NCBI RefSeq assembly: GCF_009914755.1
Contig: NC_060933.1
DNA: 64,000 nucleotides
From: the human T2T-CHM13v2.0 reference genome, Homo sapiens
Reading direction: 5' to 3' (one strand)
The notes under the pieces were generated by a model, which was not told the origin of the DNA, ran no database searches, and saw only the letters and a program-made list of their open reading frames with translations. The stretch's first letter is position 1, and every line of letters starts with the position of its first letter. Shown one piece after another: positions 12,589 through 26,029 of this stretch. A program made the position numbers and the translations under genes.

Positions 12589-15500
12589 CATTCTCAGAAA
12601 CTTCCTTGTGATGTGTGTACTCAAGTAACAGAGTTGAACCTTCCTTTTGACAGAGCAGTTTTGAAGCACTCTTTTTGTAGAATCTGCAAGTGGATATTTT
12701 GATACCTTTGAGGATTTCGTTGGACACGGGATATCTTCATATAAAATCTAGACAGAAGCATTCTCAGAAACTTCTTTGTGCTGTATGTCCTCAATTAACA
12801 GAGTTGAACCTTTGTGTGGATACAGCATTTTGGAAACATTCCTTTAGTAGAATCTGCAAGTTGATATTTAGATAGCTAGGAAGATTTCCTTGGAAACGGG
12901 AATATCTTCATATAAAATCTAGACGGAAGCATTCTCAGAAAGTGCTTTGTGATGTTTGCATTCAAGTCACAGAGTTGAATATTCCCTTTTATAGAGCAGG
13001 TTTGAAACACTCTTTCTGCACTACCTGGAAGTGGATATTTGGAGCGCTTTGAGGCCTATGTTGAAAAAGGAAATATCTTCCCATAAAAACTAGACAGAAG
13101 CATTCTCAGAAACTTGTTTGTGATGTGTGTATTCAGCTAACAGAGATGAACCTTTCTTTTTACAGAGCAGTTTTGAAACACTCTTTTTGTGGAATCTGAA
13201 AGTGGATATTTGGATAGCTTTGAGGATTTCGTTGGAAACGGGATTACATATAAAACCTAGAGAGAAGCATTCTCAGGAACTCCTTTGTGATGTTTGCCTT
13301 CGAGTCACAGAACTGAACATTCCCTTTCATAGAGCAGGTTTGAAACACTCTTTCTGTAGTATCTGCAAGCTGACGTTTCAAGCGCTTTCAGGCCTATGGT
13401 GAGAAAGGAAATATCTTCAAGTAAAAACTAGACAGAAGCATTCTCAGAAACTTATTTGCCATGTGTGTTCTCAACTAACAGAGTTGAACCTTTGTGTGGA
13501 TACGGCATTTTGGAAACACTCTTTTTGTAGAATCTGCAGGTGGATATTCGGATAGCTTTGAAGGTTTCGTTGGAAACGGGAATATCTTCATATAAAATCT
13601 AGACGGAAGCATTCTCAGAAACTGCTTTGTGATGTTTTCATTCAAGTCACAGAGTAGAATGTTCCCTGTTATATACCAGGTTTGAGACACTCTTTCTGCA
13701 CTACCTGGAAGTGGACGTTTGGAGGGCTTTGAGGCCTATGTTGAAAAAGGAAATATCTTCCCATAAAAACTAGACAGAAGCATTCTCAGAAACTTGTTTG
13801 TGATGTGTGTATTCAACTAACAGAGATGAACCTTTCTTTTTACAGAGCAGTTTTGAAACACTCTTTTTGTGGAATCTGAAAGTGGATATTTGGATAGCTT
13901 TGAGGATTTCGTTGGAAACGGGATTACATATAAAACCTAGAGAGAAGCATTCTCAGGAACTGCTTTGTGATGTTTGCATTCAAGTTACAGAACTGAACAT
14001 TCCCTTTCATAGAGCAGGTTTGAAACACTCTTTCTGTAGTATCTGCAAGCTGACGTTTCAAGCGCTTTCAGGCCTATGGTGAGAAAGGAAATATCTTCAA
14101 GTAAAAACTAGACAGAAGCATTCTCAGAAACTTATTTGCGATGTGTGTTCTCAACTAACAGAGTTGAACCTTTGTTTTGATATGGCATTTTGGAAACACT
14201 GTTTTTGTAGAATCTGCAGGTGGATATTCGGATAGCTTTGAAGGTTTCGTTGGAAACGGGAATATCTTCATATAAAATCTAGACGGAAGCATTCTCAGAA
14301 ACTGCTTTGTGATGTTTTCATTCAAGTCACAGAGTAGAATGTTCCCTGTTATATACCAGGTTTGAGACACTCTTTCTGCACTACCTGGAAGTGGACATTT
14401 GCAGCGCTTTGAGGCCTATGATGAAAAAGGAAATATCTTCCCATAAAAACTAGACAGAAGCATTCTCAGAAACTTGTTTGTGATGTGTGTATTTAACTAA
14501 CAGAGATGAACCTTTCTTTCTACAGAGCAGTTTTGAAACACTCTTTTTGTGGAATCTGAAAGTGGATATTTGGATAGCTTTGAGGATTTCGTTGGAAACG
14601 GGATTACATATAAAATCTAGAGAGAAGCATTCTCAGGAACTTCTTTGTGATGTTTGCATTCACGTCACAGAACTGAACATTCCCTTTCATAGAGCATGTT
14701 TGAAACACTCTTTCTGTAGTATCTGCAAACGGACATTTCAAACGCTTTCAGGCCTATGGTGAGAAAGGAAATATCTTCAAATAAAAACTAGACAGAAGCA
14801 TTCTCAGAAACTTATTTGCGATGTGTGTCCTCAACTAACAGAGTTGAACCTTTCTTTTGATATAACATTTTGGAAACACTCTTTTTGTAGAATCTGCAAG
14901 TGGATATTTGAATAGCTTTGAAGGTTTCGTTGGAAACGGGAATATCTTCTTATAAAATCAAGACAGAAGCATTCTCAGAAACTTCTCTGTGATGTTTGCA
15001 TTCAACTCATAGAGTTGAACACTTCCCTTCATACAGCAGGTTTGAAACACTCTTTTTGTAATATTTGGAAGTGGACATTTGCAGCGCTTTGAGGCCTATG
15101 ATGAAAAAGGTAATATCTTCCCATAAAAACTAGACAGAAGCATTCTCAGAAACTTGTTTGAGATGTGTGTATTCAACTAACAGAGATGAACCTTTCTTTT
15201 TACAGAGCAGTTTTGAAACACTCTTTTTGTGGAATCTGAAAGTGGATATTTGGATAGCTTTGCGGATTTCGTTGGAAACGGGATTACATATAAAATCTAG
15301 GGAGAAGCATTCTCAGGAACTTCTTTGTGATGTTTGCATTCAAGTCACAGAACTGAACATTCCCTTTCATAGATCAGGTTTGAAACACTCTTTCTGTAGT
15401 ATCTGCAAGCGGACGTTTTAAGCGCTTTCAGGCCTGTGGTGAGAAAGGAAATATCTTCAAATAAAAACTAGACAGAAGCATTCTCAGAAACTTATTTGCG

Positions 15501-15820
15501 ATGTGTGTCCTCAACTAACAGAGTTGAACCTTTCTTTTGATACAACATTTTGGAAACACTCTTTTTGTAGAATCTGCAAGTGGATATTTGGATAGCTTTG
15601 AAGGTTTCGTTGGAAACGGGAATATCTTCATATGAAATCAAGACAGAAGCATTCTCAGAAACTTCTCTGTGATGTTTGCATTCAACTCATAGAGTTGAAC
15701 ACTTCCCTTCATACAGCAGGTTTGAAACACTCTTTTTCTAATATTTGGAAGTGGACATTTGCAGCGCTTTGAGGCCTATGTTGAAAAAGGAAATATCTTC
15801 TCCTAAAAACCAGACAGAAG
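12589..15820 (+). repeat. HOR U6, full 19-mer (XYZ-T1-T2-T3-T4), 3232 bp
   Basis: Anchor spacing 3232 bp; all four tetramer types present. Confidence 0.93.
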
Positions 15821-18372
15821 CATTCTCAGAAACTTCCTTGTGATGTGTGTACTCAAGTAACAGAGTTGAACCTTCCTTTTGACAGAGCAGTTTTGAAGCA
15901 CTCTTTTTGTAGAATCTGCAAGTGGATATTTTGATACCTTTGAGGATTTCGTTGGACACGGGATATCTTCATATAAAATCTAGACAGAAGCATTCTCAGA
16001 AACTTCTTTGTGCTGTATGTCCGCAATTAACAGAGTTGAACCTTTGTGTGGATACAGCATTTTGGAAACATTCCTTTAGTAGAATCTGCAAGTTGATATT
16101 TAGATAGCTAGGAAGATTTCCTTGGAAACGGGAATATCTTCATATAAAATCTAGACGGAAGCATTCTCAGAAAGTGCTTTGTGATGTTTGCATTCAAGTC
16201 ACAGAGTTGAATATTCCCTTTTATAGAGCAGGTTTGAAACACTCTTTCTGCAATACCTGGAAGTGGACATTTGGAGCGCTTTGAGGCCTATGTTGAAAAA
16301 GGAAATATCTTCCCATAAAAACTAGACAGAAGCATTCTCAGAAACTTGTTTGTGATGTGTGTATTCAACTAACAGAGATGAACCTTTCTTTTTACAGAGC
16401 AGTTTTGAAACACTCTTTTTGTGGAATCTGAAAGTGGATATTTGGATAGCTTTGAGGATTTCGTTGGAAACGTGATTACATATAAAACCTAGAGAGAAGC
16501 ATTCTCAGGAACTTCTTTGTGATGTTTGCATTCAAGTCACAGAACTGAACATTCCCTTTCATAGAGCAGGTTTGAAACACTCTTTCTGTAGTATCTGCAA
16601 GCTGACGTTTCAAGCGCTTTCAGGCCTATGGTGAGAAAGGAAATATCTTCAAGTAAAAACTAGACAGAAGCATTCTCAGAAACTTATTTGCCATGTGTGT
16701 TCTCAACTAACAGAGTTGAACCTTTGTTTTGATACGGCATTTTGGAAACACTCTTTTTGTAGAATCTGCAGGTGGATACTCGGATAGATTTGAAGGTTTC
16801 GTTGGAAACGGGAATATCTTCATATAAAATCTAGACGGAAGCATTCTCAGAAACTGCTTTGTGATGTTTTCATTCAAGTCACAGAGTAGAATGTTCCCTG
16901 TTATATACCAGGTTTGAGACACTCTTTCTGCACTACCTGGAAGTGGACATTTGCAGCGCTTTGAGGCCTATGATGAAAAAGGAAATATCTTCCCATAAAA
17001 ACTAGACAGAAGCATTCTCAGAAACTTGTTTGTGATGTGTGTATTCAACTAACAGAGATGAACCTTTCTTTTTACAGAGCAGTTTTGAAACACTCTTTTT
17101 GTGGAATCTGAAAGTGGATATTTGGATAGCTTTGAGGATTTCGTTGGAAACGGGATTACATATAAAATCTAGAGAGAAGCATTCTCAGGAACTTCTTTGT
17201 GATGTTTGCATTCACGTCACAGAACTGAACATTCCCTTTCATAGAGCATGTTTGAAACACTCTTTCTGTAGTATCTGCAAACGGACATTTCAAACGCTTT
17301 CAGGCCTATGGTGAGAAAGGAAATATCTTCAAATAAAAACTAGACAGAAGCATTCTCAGAAACTTATTTGCGATGTGTGTCCTCAACTAACAGAGTTGAA
17401 CCTTTCTTTTGATACAACATTTTGGAAACACTCTTTTTGTAGAATCTGCAAGTGGATATTTGAATAGCTTTGAAGGTTTCGTTGGAAACGGGAATATCTT
17501 CATATAAAATCAAGACAGAAGCATTCTCAGAAACTTCTCTGTGATGTTTGCATTCAACTCATAGAGTTGAACACTTCCCTTCATACAGCAGGTTTGAAAC
17601 ACTCTTTTTGTAATATTTGGAAGTGGACATTTGCAGCGCTTTGAGGCCTATGATGAAAAAGGTAATATCTTCCCATAAAAACTAGACAGAAGCATTCTCA
17701 GAAACTTGTTTGAGTTGTGTGTATTCAACTAACAGAGATGAACCTTTCTTTTTACAGAGCAGTTTTGAAACACTCTTTTTGTGGAATCTGAAAGTGGATA
17801 TTTGGATAGCTTTGCGGATTTCGTTGGAAACGGGATTACATATAATATCTAGGGAGAAGCATTCTCAGGAACTTCTTTGTGATGTTTGCATTCAAGTCAC
17901 AGAACTGAACATTCCCTTTCATAGATCAGGTTTGAAACACTCTTTCTGTAGTATCTGCAAGCGGACGTTTTAAGCGCTTTCAGGCCTGTGGTGAGAAAGG
18001 AAATATCTTCAAATAAAAACTAGACAGAAGCATTCTCAGAAACTTATTTGCGATGTGTGTCCTCAACTAACAGAGTTGAACCTTTCTTTTGATACAACAT
18101 TTTGGAAACACTCTTTTTGTAGAATCTGCAAGTGGATATTTGGATAGATTTGAAGGTTTCGTTGGAAACGGGAATATCTTCATATGAAATCAAGACAGAA
18201 GCATTCTCAGAAACTTCTCTGTGATGTTTGCATTCAACTCATAGAGTTGAACACTTCCCTTCATACAGCAGGTTTGAAACACTCTTTTTCTAATATTTGG
18301 AAGTGGACATTTGCAGCGCTTTGAGGCCTACGTTGAAAAAGGAAATATCTTCTCCTAAAAACCAGAAAGAAG
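15821..18372 (+). repeat. HOR U7, 15-mer (XYZ-T1/T2-T3-T4), 2552 bp
   Basis: Anchor spacing and tetramer markers. Confidence 0.92.
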
Positions 18373-20244
18373 CATTCTCAGAAACTTCCTTGTGATGTGT
18401 GTACTCAAGTAACAGAGTTGAACCTTCCTTTTGACAGAGCAGTTTTGAAGCACTCTTTTTGTAGAATCTGCAAGTGGATATTTTGATACCTTTGAGGATT
18501 TCGTTGGACACGGGATATCTTCATATAAAATCTAGACAGAAGCATTCTCAGAAACTTCTTTGTGCTGTATGTCCTCAATTAACAGAGTTGAACCTTTGTG
18601 TGGATACAGCATTTTGCAAACATTCCTTTAGTAGAATCTGCAAGTTGATATTTAGATAGCTAGGAAGATTTCCTTGGAAACGGGAATATCTTCATATAAA
18701 ATCTAGACGGAAGCATTCTCAGAAAGTGCTTTGTGATGTTTGCATTCAAGTCACAGAGTTGAATATTCCCTTTTATAGAGTAGGTTTGAAACACTCTTTC
18801 TGCACTACCTGGAAGTGGACATTTGGAGCGCTTTGAGGCCTATGTTGAAAAAGGAAATATCTTCCCATAAAAACTAGACAGAAGCATTCTCAGAAACTTG
18901 TTTGTGATGTGTGTATTCAACTAACAGAGATGAACCTTTCTTTTTACAGAGCAGTTTTGAAACACTCTTTTTGTGGAATCTGAAAGTGGATATTTGGATA
19001 GCTTTGAGGATTTCGTTGGAAACGGGATTACATATAAAACCTAGAGAGAAGCATTCTCAGGAACTTCTTTGTGATGTTTGCCTTCAAGTCACAGGACTGA
19101 ACATTCCCTTTCATAGAGCAGGTTTGAAACACTCTTTCTGTAGTATCTGCAAGCTGACGTTTCATGCGCTTTCAGGCCTATGGTGAGAAAGGAAATATCT
19201 TCAAGTAAAAACTAGACAGAAGCATTCTCAGAAACTTATTTGCCATGTGTGTTCTCAACTAACAGAGTTGAACCTTTGTTTTGATACGGCATTTTGGAAA
19301 CACTCTTTTTGTAGAATCTGCAGGTGGATATTCGGATAGCTTTGAAGGTTTCGTTGGAAACGGGAATATCTTCATATAAAATCTAGACGGAAGCATTCTC
19401 AGAAACTGCTTTGTGATGTTTTCATTCAAGTCACAGTGTAGAATGTTCCCTGTTATATACCAGGTTTGAGACACTCTTTCTGCACTACATGGAAGTGGAC
19501 GTTTGGAGCGCTTTGAGGCCTATGTTGAAAAAGGAAATATCTTCCCATAAAAACTAGACAGAAGCATTCTCAGAAACTTGTTTCTGATGTGTGTATTCAA
19601 CTAACAGAGATGAACCTTTCTTTTTACAGAGTAGTTTTGAAACACTCTTTTTGTGGAATCTGAAAGTGGATATTTGGATAGCTTTGCGGATTTCGTTGGA
19701 AACGGGATTACATATAAAATCTAGGGGGAAGCATTCTCAGGAACTTCTTTGTGATGTTTGCATTCAAGTCACAGAACTGAACATTCCCTTTCATAGAGCA
19801 GGTTTGAAACACTCTTTCTGTAGTATCTGCAAGTGGACGTTTCAAGCGCTTTCAGGCCTGTGGTGAAAAAGGAAATATCTTCAAATAAAAACTAGACAGA
19901 AGCATTCTCAGAAACTTATTTGCGATGTGTGTTCTCAGCTAACAGAGTTCAACCTTTGTTTTGATACAGCATTTTGGAAACACTCTTTTTGTAGGATCTG
20001 CAGGTGGATATTTGGATAGCTTTGAAGGTTTCTTTGGAAACGGGAATATCTTCATATAAAATCAAGACAGAAGCATTCTCAGAAACTTCTCTGTTCTGTT
20101 TGCATTCAACTCATAGAGTTGAACACTTCCTTTCATAGAGCTGGTTTGAAATACTCTTTTTGTAATATTTGGAAGTGGACATTTGCAGCGCTTTGAAGCC
20201 TATGGTGAAAAAGGAGATATCTTCTCCTAAAAACCAGACAGAAG
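18373..20244 (+). repeat. HOR U8, 11-mer (XYZ-T1-divergent tetramer), 1872 bp
   Basis: Anchor spacing; the second tetramer carries many unique substitutions. Confidence 0.92.
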
Positions 20245-23200
20245 CATTCTCAGAATCTTTCTTGTGATGTGTGTACTCAAGTAACAGAGTTGAATCTTCA
20301 TTTTGACAGAGCAGTTTTGAAGCACTCTTTTTGTAGAATCTGCAAGTGGATATTTTGATACCTTTGGGGATTTCGTTAGACACGGGATATCTTCATATAA
20401 AATCTAGACAGAAGCATTCTCAGAAACTTCTTTGTGCTGTATGTCCTCAATTAACAGAGTTGAACCTTTGTGTGGATACAGCATTTTGGAAACATTCCTT
20501 TAGTAGAATCTGCAAGTTGATATTTAGATAGCTAGGAAGATTTCCTTGGAAACGGGAATATCTTCATATAAAATCTAGACGGAAGCATTCTCAGAAAGTG
20601 CTTTGTGATGTTTGCATTCAAGTCACAGAGTTGAATATTCCCTTTTATAGAGCAGGTTTGAAACACTCTTTCTGCACTATCTGGAAGTGGACATTTGGAG
20701 CGCTTTGAGGCCTATGTTGAAAAAGGAAATATCTTCCCATAAAAACTAGACAGAAGCATTCTCAGAAACTTGTTTGTGATGTGTGTATTCAACTAACAGA
20801 GATGAACCTTTCTTTTTACAGAGCAGTTTTGAAACACTCTTTTTGTGGAATCTAAAAGTGGATATTTGGATAGCTTTGAGGATTTCGTTGGAAACGGGAT
20901 TACATATAAAACCTAGAGAGAAGCATTCTCAGGAACTTCTTTGTGATGTTTGCATTCAAGTCACAGAACTGAACATTCCCTTTCATAGAGCAGGTTTGAA
21001 ACACTCTTTCTGTAGTATCTGCAAGCTGACGTTTCAAGCGCTTTCAGGCCTATGGTGAGAAAGGAAATATCTTCAAGTAAAAACTAGACAGAAGCATTCT
21101 CAGAAACTTATTTGCCATGTGTGTTCTCAACTAACAGAGTTGAACCTTTGTTTTGATACGGCATTTTGGAAACACTCTTTTTGTAGAATCTGCAGGTGGA
21201 TATTCGGATAGCTTTGAAGGTTTCGTTGGAAACGGGAATATCTTCATATAAAATCTAGACGGAAGCATTCTCAGAAACTGCTTTGTGATGTTTTCATTCA
21301 AGTCACAGAGTAGAATGTTCCCTGTTATATACCAGGTTTGAGACACTCTTTCTGAACTACCTGGAAGTGGACGTTTGGAGCGCTTTGAGGCCTATGTTGA
21401 AAAAGGAAATATCTTCCCATAAAAACTAGACAGAAGCATTCTCAGAAACTTGTTTGTGATGTGTGTATTCAACTAACAGAGATGAACCTTTCTTTTTACA
21501 GAGCAGTTTTGAAACACTCTTTTTGTGGAATCTGAAAGTGGATATTTGGATAGCTTTGAGGATTTCGTTGGAAACGGGATTACATATAAAACCTAGAGAG
21601 AAGCATTCTCAGGAACTTCTTTGTGATGTTTGCATTCAAGTCACAGAACTGAACATTCCCTTTCATAGAGCAGGTTTGAAACACTCTTTCTGTAGTATCT
21701 GCAAGCTGACGTTTCAAGCGCTTTCAGGCCTATGGTGAGAAAGGAAATATCTTCAAGTAAAAACTAGACAGAAGCATTCTCAGAAACTTATTTGCGATGT
21801 GTGTTCTCAACTAACAGAGTTGAACCTTTGTTTTGATATGGCATTTTGGAAACACTCTTTTTGTAGAATCTGCAGGTGGATATTCGGATAGCTTTGAAGG
21901 TTTCGTTGGAAACGGGAATATCTTCATATAAAATCTAGACGGAAGCATTCTCAGAAACTGCTTTGTGATGTTTTCATTCAAGTCACAGAGTAGAATGTTC
22001 CCTGTTATATACCAGGTTTGAGACACTCTTTCTGCACTACCTGGAAGTGGACATTTGCAGCGCTTTGAGGCCTATGATGAAAAAGGAAATATCTTCCCAT
22101 AAAAACTAGACAGAAGCATTCTCAGAAACTTGTTTGTGATGTGTGTATTTAACTAACAGAGATGAACCTTTCTTTCTACAGAGCAGTTTTGAAACACTCT
22201 TTTTGTGGAATCTGAAAGTGGATATTTGGATAGCTTTGAGGATTTCGTTGGAAACGGGATTACATATAAAATCTAGAGAGAAGCATTCTCAGGAACTTCT
22301 TTGTGATGTTTGCATTCACGTCACAGAACTGAACATTCCCTTTCATAGAGCATGTTTGAAACACTCTTTCTGTAGTATCTGCAAACGGACATTTCAAACG
22401 CTTTCAGGCCTATGGTGAGAAAGGAAATATCTTCAAATAAAAACTAGACAGAAGCATTCTCAGAAACTTATTTGCGATGTGTGTCCTCAACTAACAGAGT
22501 TGAACCTTTCTTTTGATATAACATTTTGGAAACACTCTTTTTGTAGAATCTGCAAGTGGATATTTGAATAGCTTTGAAGGTTTCGTTGGAAACGGGAATA
22601 TCTTCTTATAAAATCAAGACAGAAGCATTCTCAGAAACTTCTCTGTGATGTTTGCATTCAACTCATAGAGTTGAACACTTCCCTTCATACAGCAGGTTTG
22701 AAACACTCTTTTTGTAATATTTGGAAGTGGACATTTGCAGCGCTTTGAGGCCTATGATGAAAAAGGTAATATCTTCCCATAAAAACTAGACAGAAGCATT
22801 CTCAGAAACTTGTTTGAGATGTGTGTATTCAACTAACAGAGATGAACCTTTCTTTTTACAGAGCAGTTTTGAAACACTCTTTTTGTGGAATCTGAAAGTG
22901 GATGTTTGGATAGCTTTGCGGATTTCGTTGGAAACGGGATTACATATAAAATCTAGGGAGAAGCATTCTCAGGAACTTCTTTGTGATGTTTGCATTCAAG
23001 TCACAGAACTGAACATTCCCTTTCATAGATCAGGTTTGAAACACTCTTTCTGTAGTATCTGCAAGCGGACGTTTTAAGCGCTTTCAGGCCTGTGGTGAGA
23101 AAGGAAATATCTTCAAATAAAAACTAGACAGAAGCATTCTCAGAAACTTATTTGCGATGTGTGTCCTCAACTAACAGAGTTGAACCTTTCTTTTGATACA

Positions 23201-23476
23201 ACATTTTGGAAACACTCTTTTTGTAGAATCTGCAAGTGGATATTTGGATAGCTTTGAAGGTTTCGTTGGAAACGGGAATATCTTCATATGAAATCAAGAC
23301 AGAAGCATTCTCAGAAACTTCTCTGTGATGTTTGCATTCAACTCATAGAGTTGAACACTTCCCTTCATACAGCAGGTTTGAAACACTCTTTTTCTAATAT
23401 TTGGAAGTGCACATTTGCAGCGCTTTGAGGCCTATGTTGAAAAAGGAAATATCTTCTCCTAAAAACCAGACAGAAG
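20245..23476 (+). repeat. HOR U9, 19-mer with divergent X monomer, 3232 bp
   Basis: X begins CATTCTCAGAATCTTTCTTG; four tetramers follow. Confidence 0.92.
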
Positions 23477-26029
23477 CATTCTCAGAAACTTCCTTGTGAT
23501 GTGTGTACTCAAGTAACAGAGTTGAACCTTCCTTTTGACAGAGCAGTTTTGAAGCACTCTTTTTGTAGAATCTGCAAGTGGATATTTTGATACCTTTGAG
23601 GATTTCGTTGGACACGGGATATCTTCATATAAAATCCAGACAGAAGCATTCTCAGAAACTTCTTTGTGCTGTATGTCCGCAATTAACAGAGTTGAACCTT
23701 TGTGTGGATACAGCATTTTGGAAACATTCCTTTAGTAGAATCTGCAAGTTGATATTTAGATAGCTAGGAAGATTTCCTTGGAAACGGGAATATCTTCATA
23801 TAAAATCTAGACGGAAGCATTCTCAGAAAGTGCTTTGTGATGTTTGCATTCAAGTCACAGAGTTGAATATTCCCTTTTATAGAGCAGGTTTGAAACACTC
23901 TTTCTGCACTACCTGGAAGTGGACATTTGGAGCGCTTTGAGGCCTATGTTGAAAAAGGAAATATCTTCCCATAAAAACTAGACAGAAGCATTCTCAGAAA
24001 CTTGTTTGTGATGTGTGTATTCAACTAACAGAGATGAACCTTTCTTTTTACAGAGCAGTTTTGAAACACTCTTTTTGTGGAATCTGAAAGTGGATATTTG
24101 GATAGCTTTGAGGATTTCGTTGGAAACGGGATTACATATAAAACCTAGAGAGAAGCATTCTCAGGAACTTCTTTGTGATGTTTGCATTCAAGTCACAGAA
24201 CTGAACATTCCCTTTCATAGAGCAGGTTTGAAACACTCTTTCTGTAGTATCTGCAAGCTGACGTTTCAAGCGCTTTCAGGCCTATGGTGAGAAAGGAAAT
24301 ATCTTCAAGTAAAAACTAGACAGAAGCATTCTCAGAAACTTATTTGCCATGTGTGTTCTCAACTAACAGAGTTGAACCTTTGTTTTGATACGGCACTTTT
24401 GGAAACACTCTTTTTGTAGAATCTGCAGGTGGATACTCGGATAGATTTGAAGGTTTCGTTGGAAACGGGAATATCTTCATATAAAATCTAGACGGAAGCA
24501 TTCTCAGAAACTGCTTTGTGATGTTTTCATTCAAGTCACAGAGTAGAATGTTCCCTGTTATATACCAGGTTTGAGACACTCTTTCTGCACTACCTGGAAG
24601 TGGACATTTGCAGCGCTTTGAGGCCTATGATGAAAAAGGAAATATCTTCCCATAAAAACTAGACAGAAGCATTCTCAGAAACTTGTTTGTGATGTGTGTA
24701 TTCAACTAACAGAGATGAACCTTTCTTTTTACAGAGCAGTTTTGAAACACTCTTTTTGTGGAATCTGAAAGTGGATATTTGGATAGCTTTGAGGATTTCG
24801 TTGGAAACGGGATTACATATAAAATCTAGAGAGAAGCATTCTCAGGAACTTCTTTGTGATGTTTGCATTCACGTCACAGAACTGAACATTCCCTTTCATA
24901 GAGCATGTTTGAAACACTCTTTCTGTAGTATCTGCAAACGGACATTTCAAACGCTTTCAGGCCTATGGTGAGAAAGGAAATATCTTCAAATAAAAACTAG
25001 ACAGAAGCATTCTCAGAAACTTATTTGCGATGTGTGTCCTCAACTAACAGAGTTGAACCTTTCTTTTGATACAACATTTTGGAAACACTCTTTTTGTAGA
25101 ATCTGCAAGTGGATATTTGAATAGCTTTGAAGGTTTCGTTGGAAACGGGAATATCTTCATATAAAATCAAGACAGAAGCATTCTCAGAAACTTCTCTGTG
25201 ATGTTTGCATTCAACTCATAGAGTTGAACACTTCCCTTCATACAGCAGGTTTGAAACACTCTTTTTGTAATATTTGGAAGTGGACATTTGCAGCGCTTTG
25301 AGGCCTATGATGAAAAAGGTAATATCTTCCCATAAAAACTAGACAGAAGCATTCTCAGAAACTTGTTTGAGATGTGTGTATTCAACTAACAGAGATGAAC
25401 CTTTCTTTTTACAGAGCAGTTTTGAAACACTCTTTTTGTGGAATCTGAAAGTGGATATTTGGATAGCTTTGCGGATTTCGTTGGAAACGGGATTACATAT
25501 AAAATCTAGGGAGAAGCATTCTCAGGAACTTCTTTGTGATGTTTGCATTCAAGTCACAGAACTGAACATTCCCTTTCATAGATCAGGTTTGAAACACTCT
25601 TTCTGTAGTATCTGCAAGCGGACGTTTTAAGCGCTTTCAGGCCTGTGGTGAGAAAGGAAATATCTTCAAATAAAAACTAGACAGAAGCATTCTCAGAAAC
25701 TTATTTGCGATGTGTGTCCTCAACTAACAGAGTTGAACCTTTCTTTTGATACAACATTTTGGAAACACTCTTTTTGTAGAATCTGCAAGTGGATATTTGG
25801 ATAGCTTTGAAGGTTTCGTTGGAAACGGGAATATCTTCATATGAAATCAAGACAGAAGCATTCTCAGAAACTTCTCTGTGATGTTTGCATTCAACTCATA
25901 GAGTTGAACACTTCCCTTCATACAGCAGGTTTGAAACACTCTTTTTCTAATATTTGGAAGTGGACATTTGCAGCGCTTTGAGGCCTACGTTGAAAAAGGA
26001 AATATCTTCTCCTAAAAACCAGGAAGAAG
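23477..26029 (+). repeat. HOR U10, 15-mer (copy of U7), 2553 bp
   Basis: Shares GTCCGCAATT and GATACTCGGATAGATTT with U7; 1-bp insertion GGCACTTTT near 24396. Confidence 0.92.
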
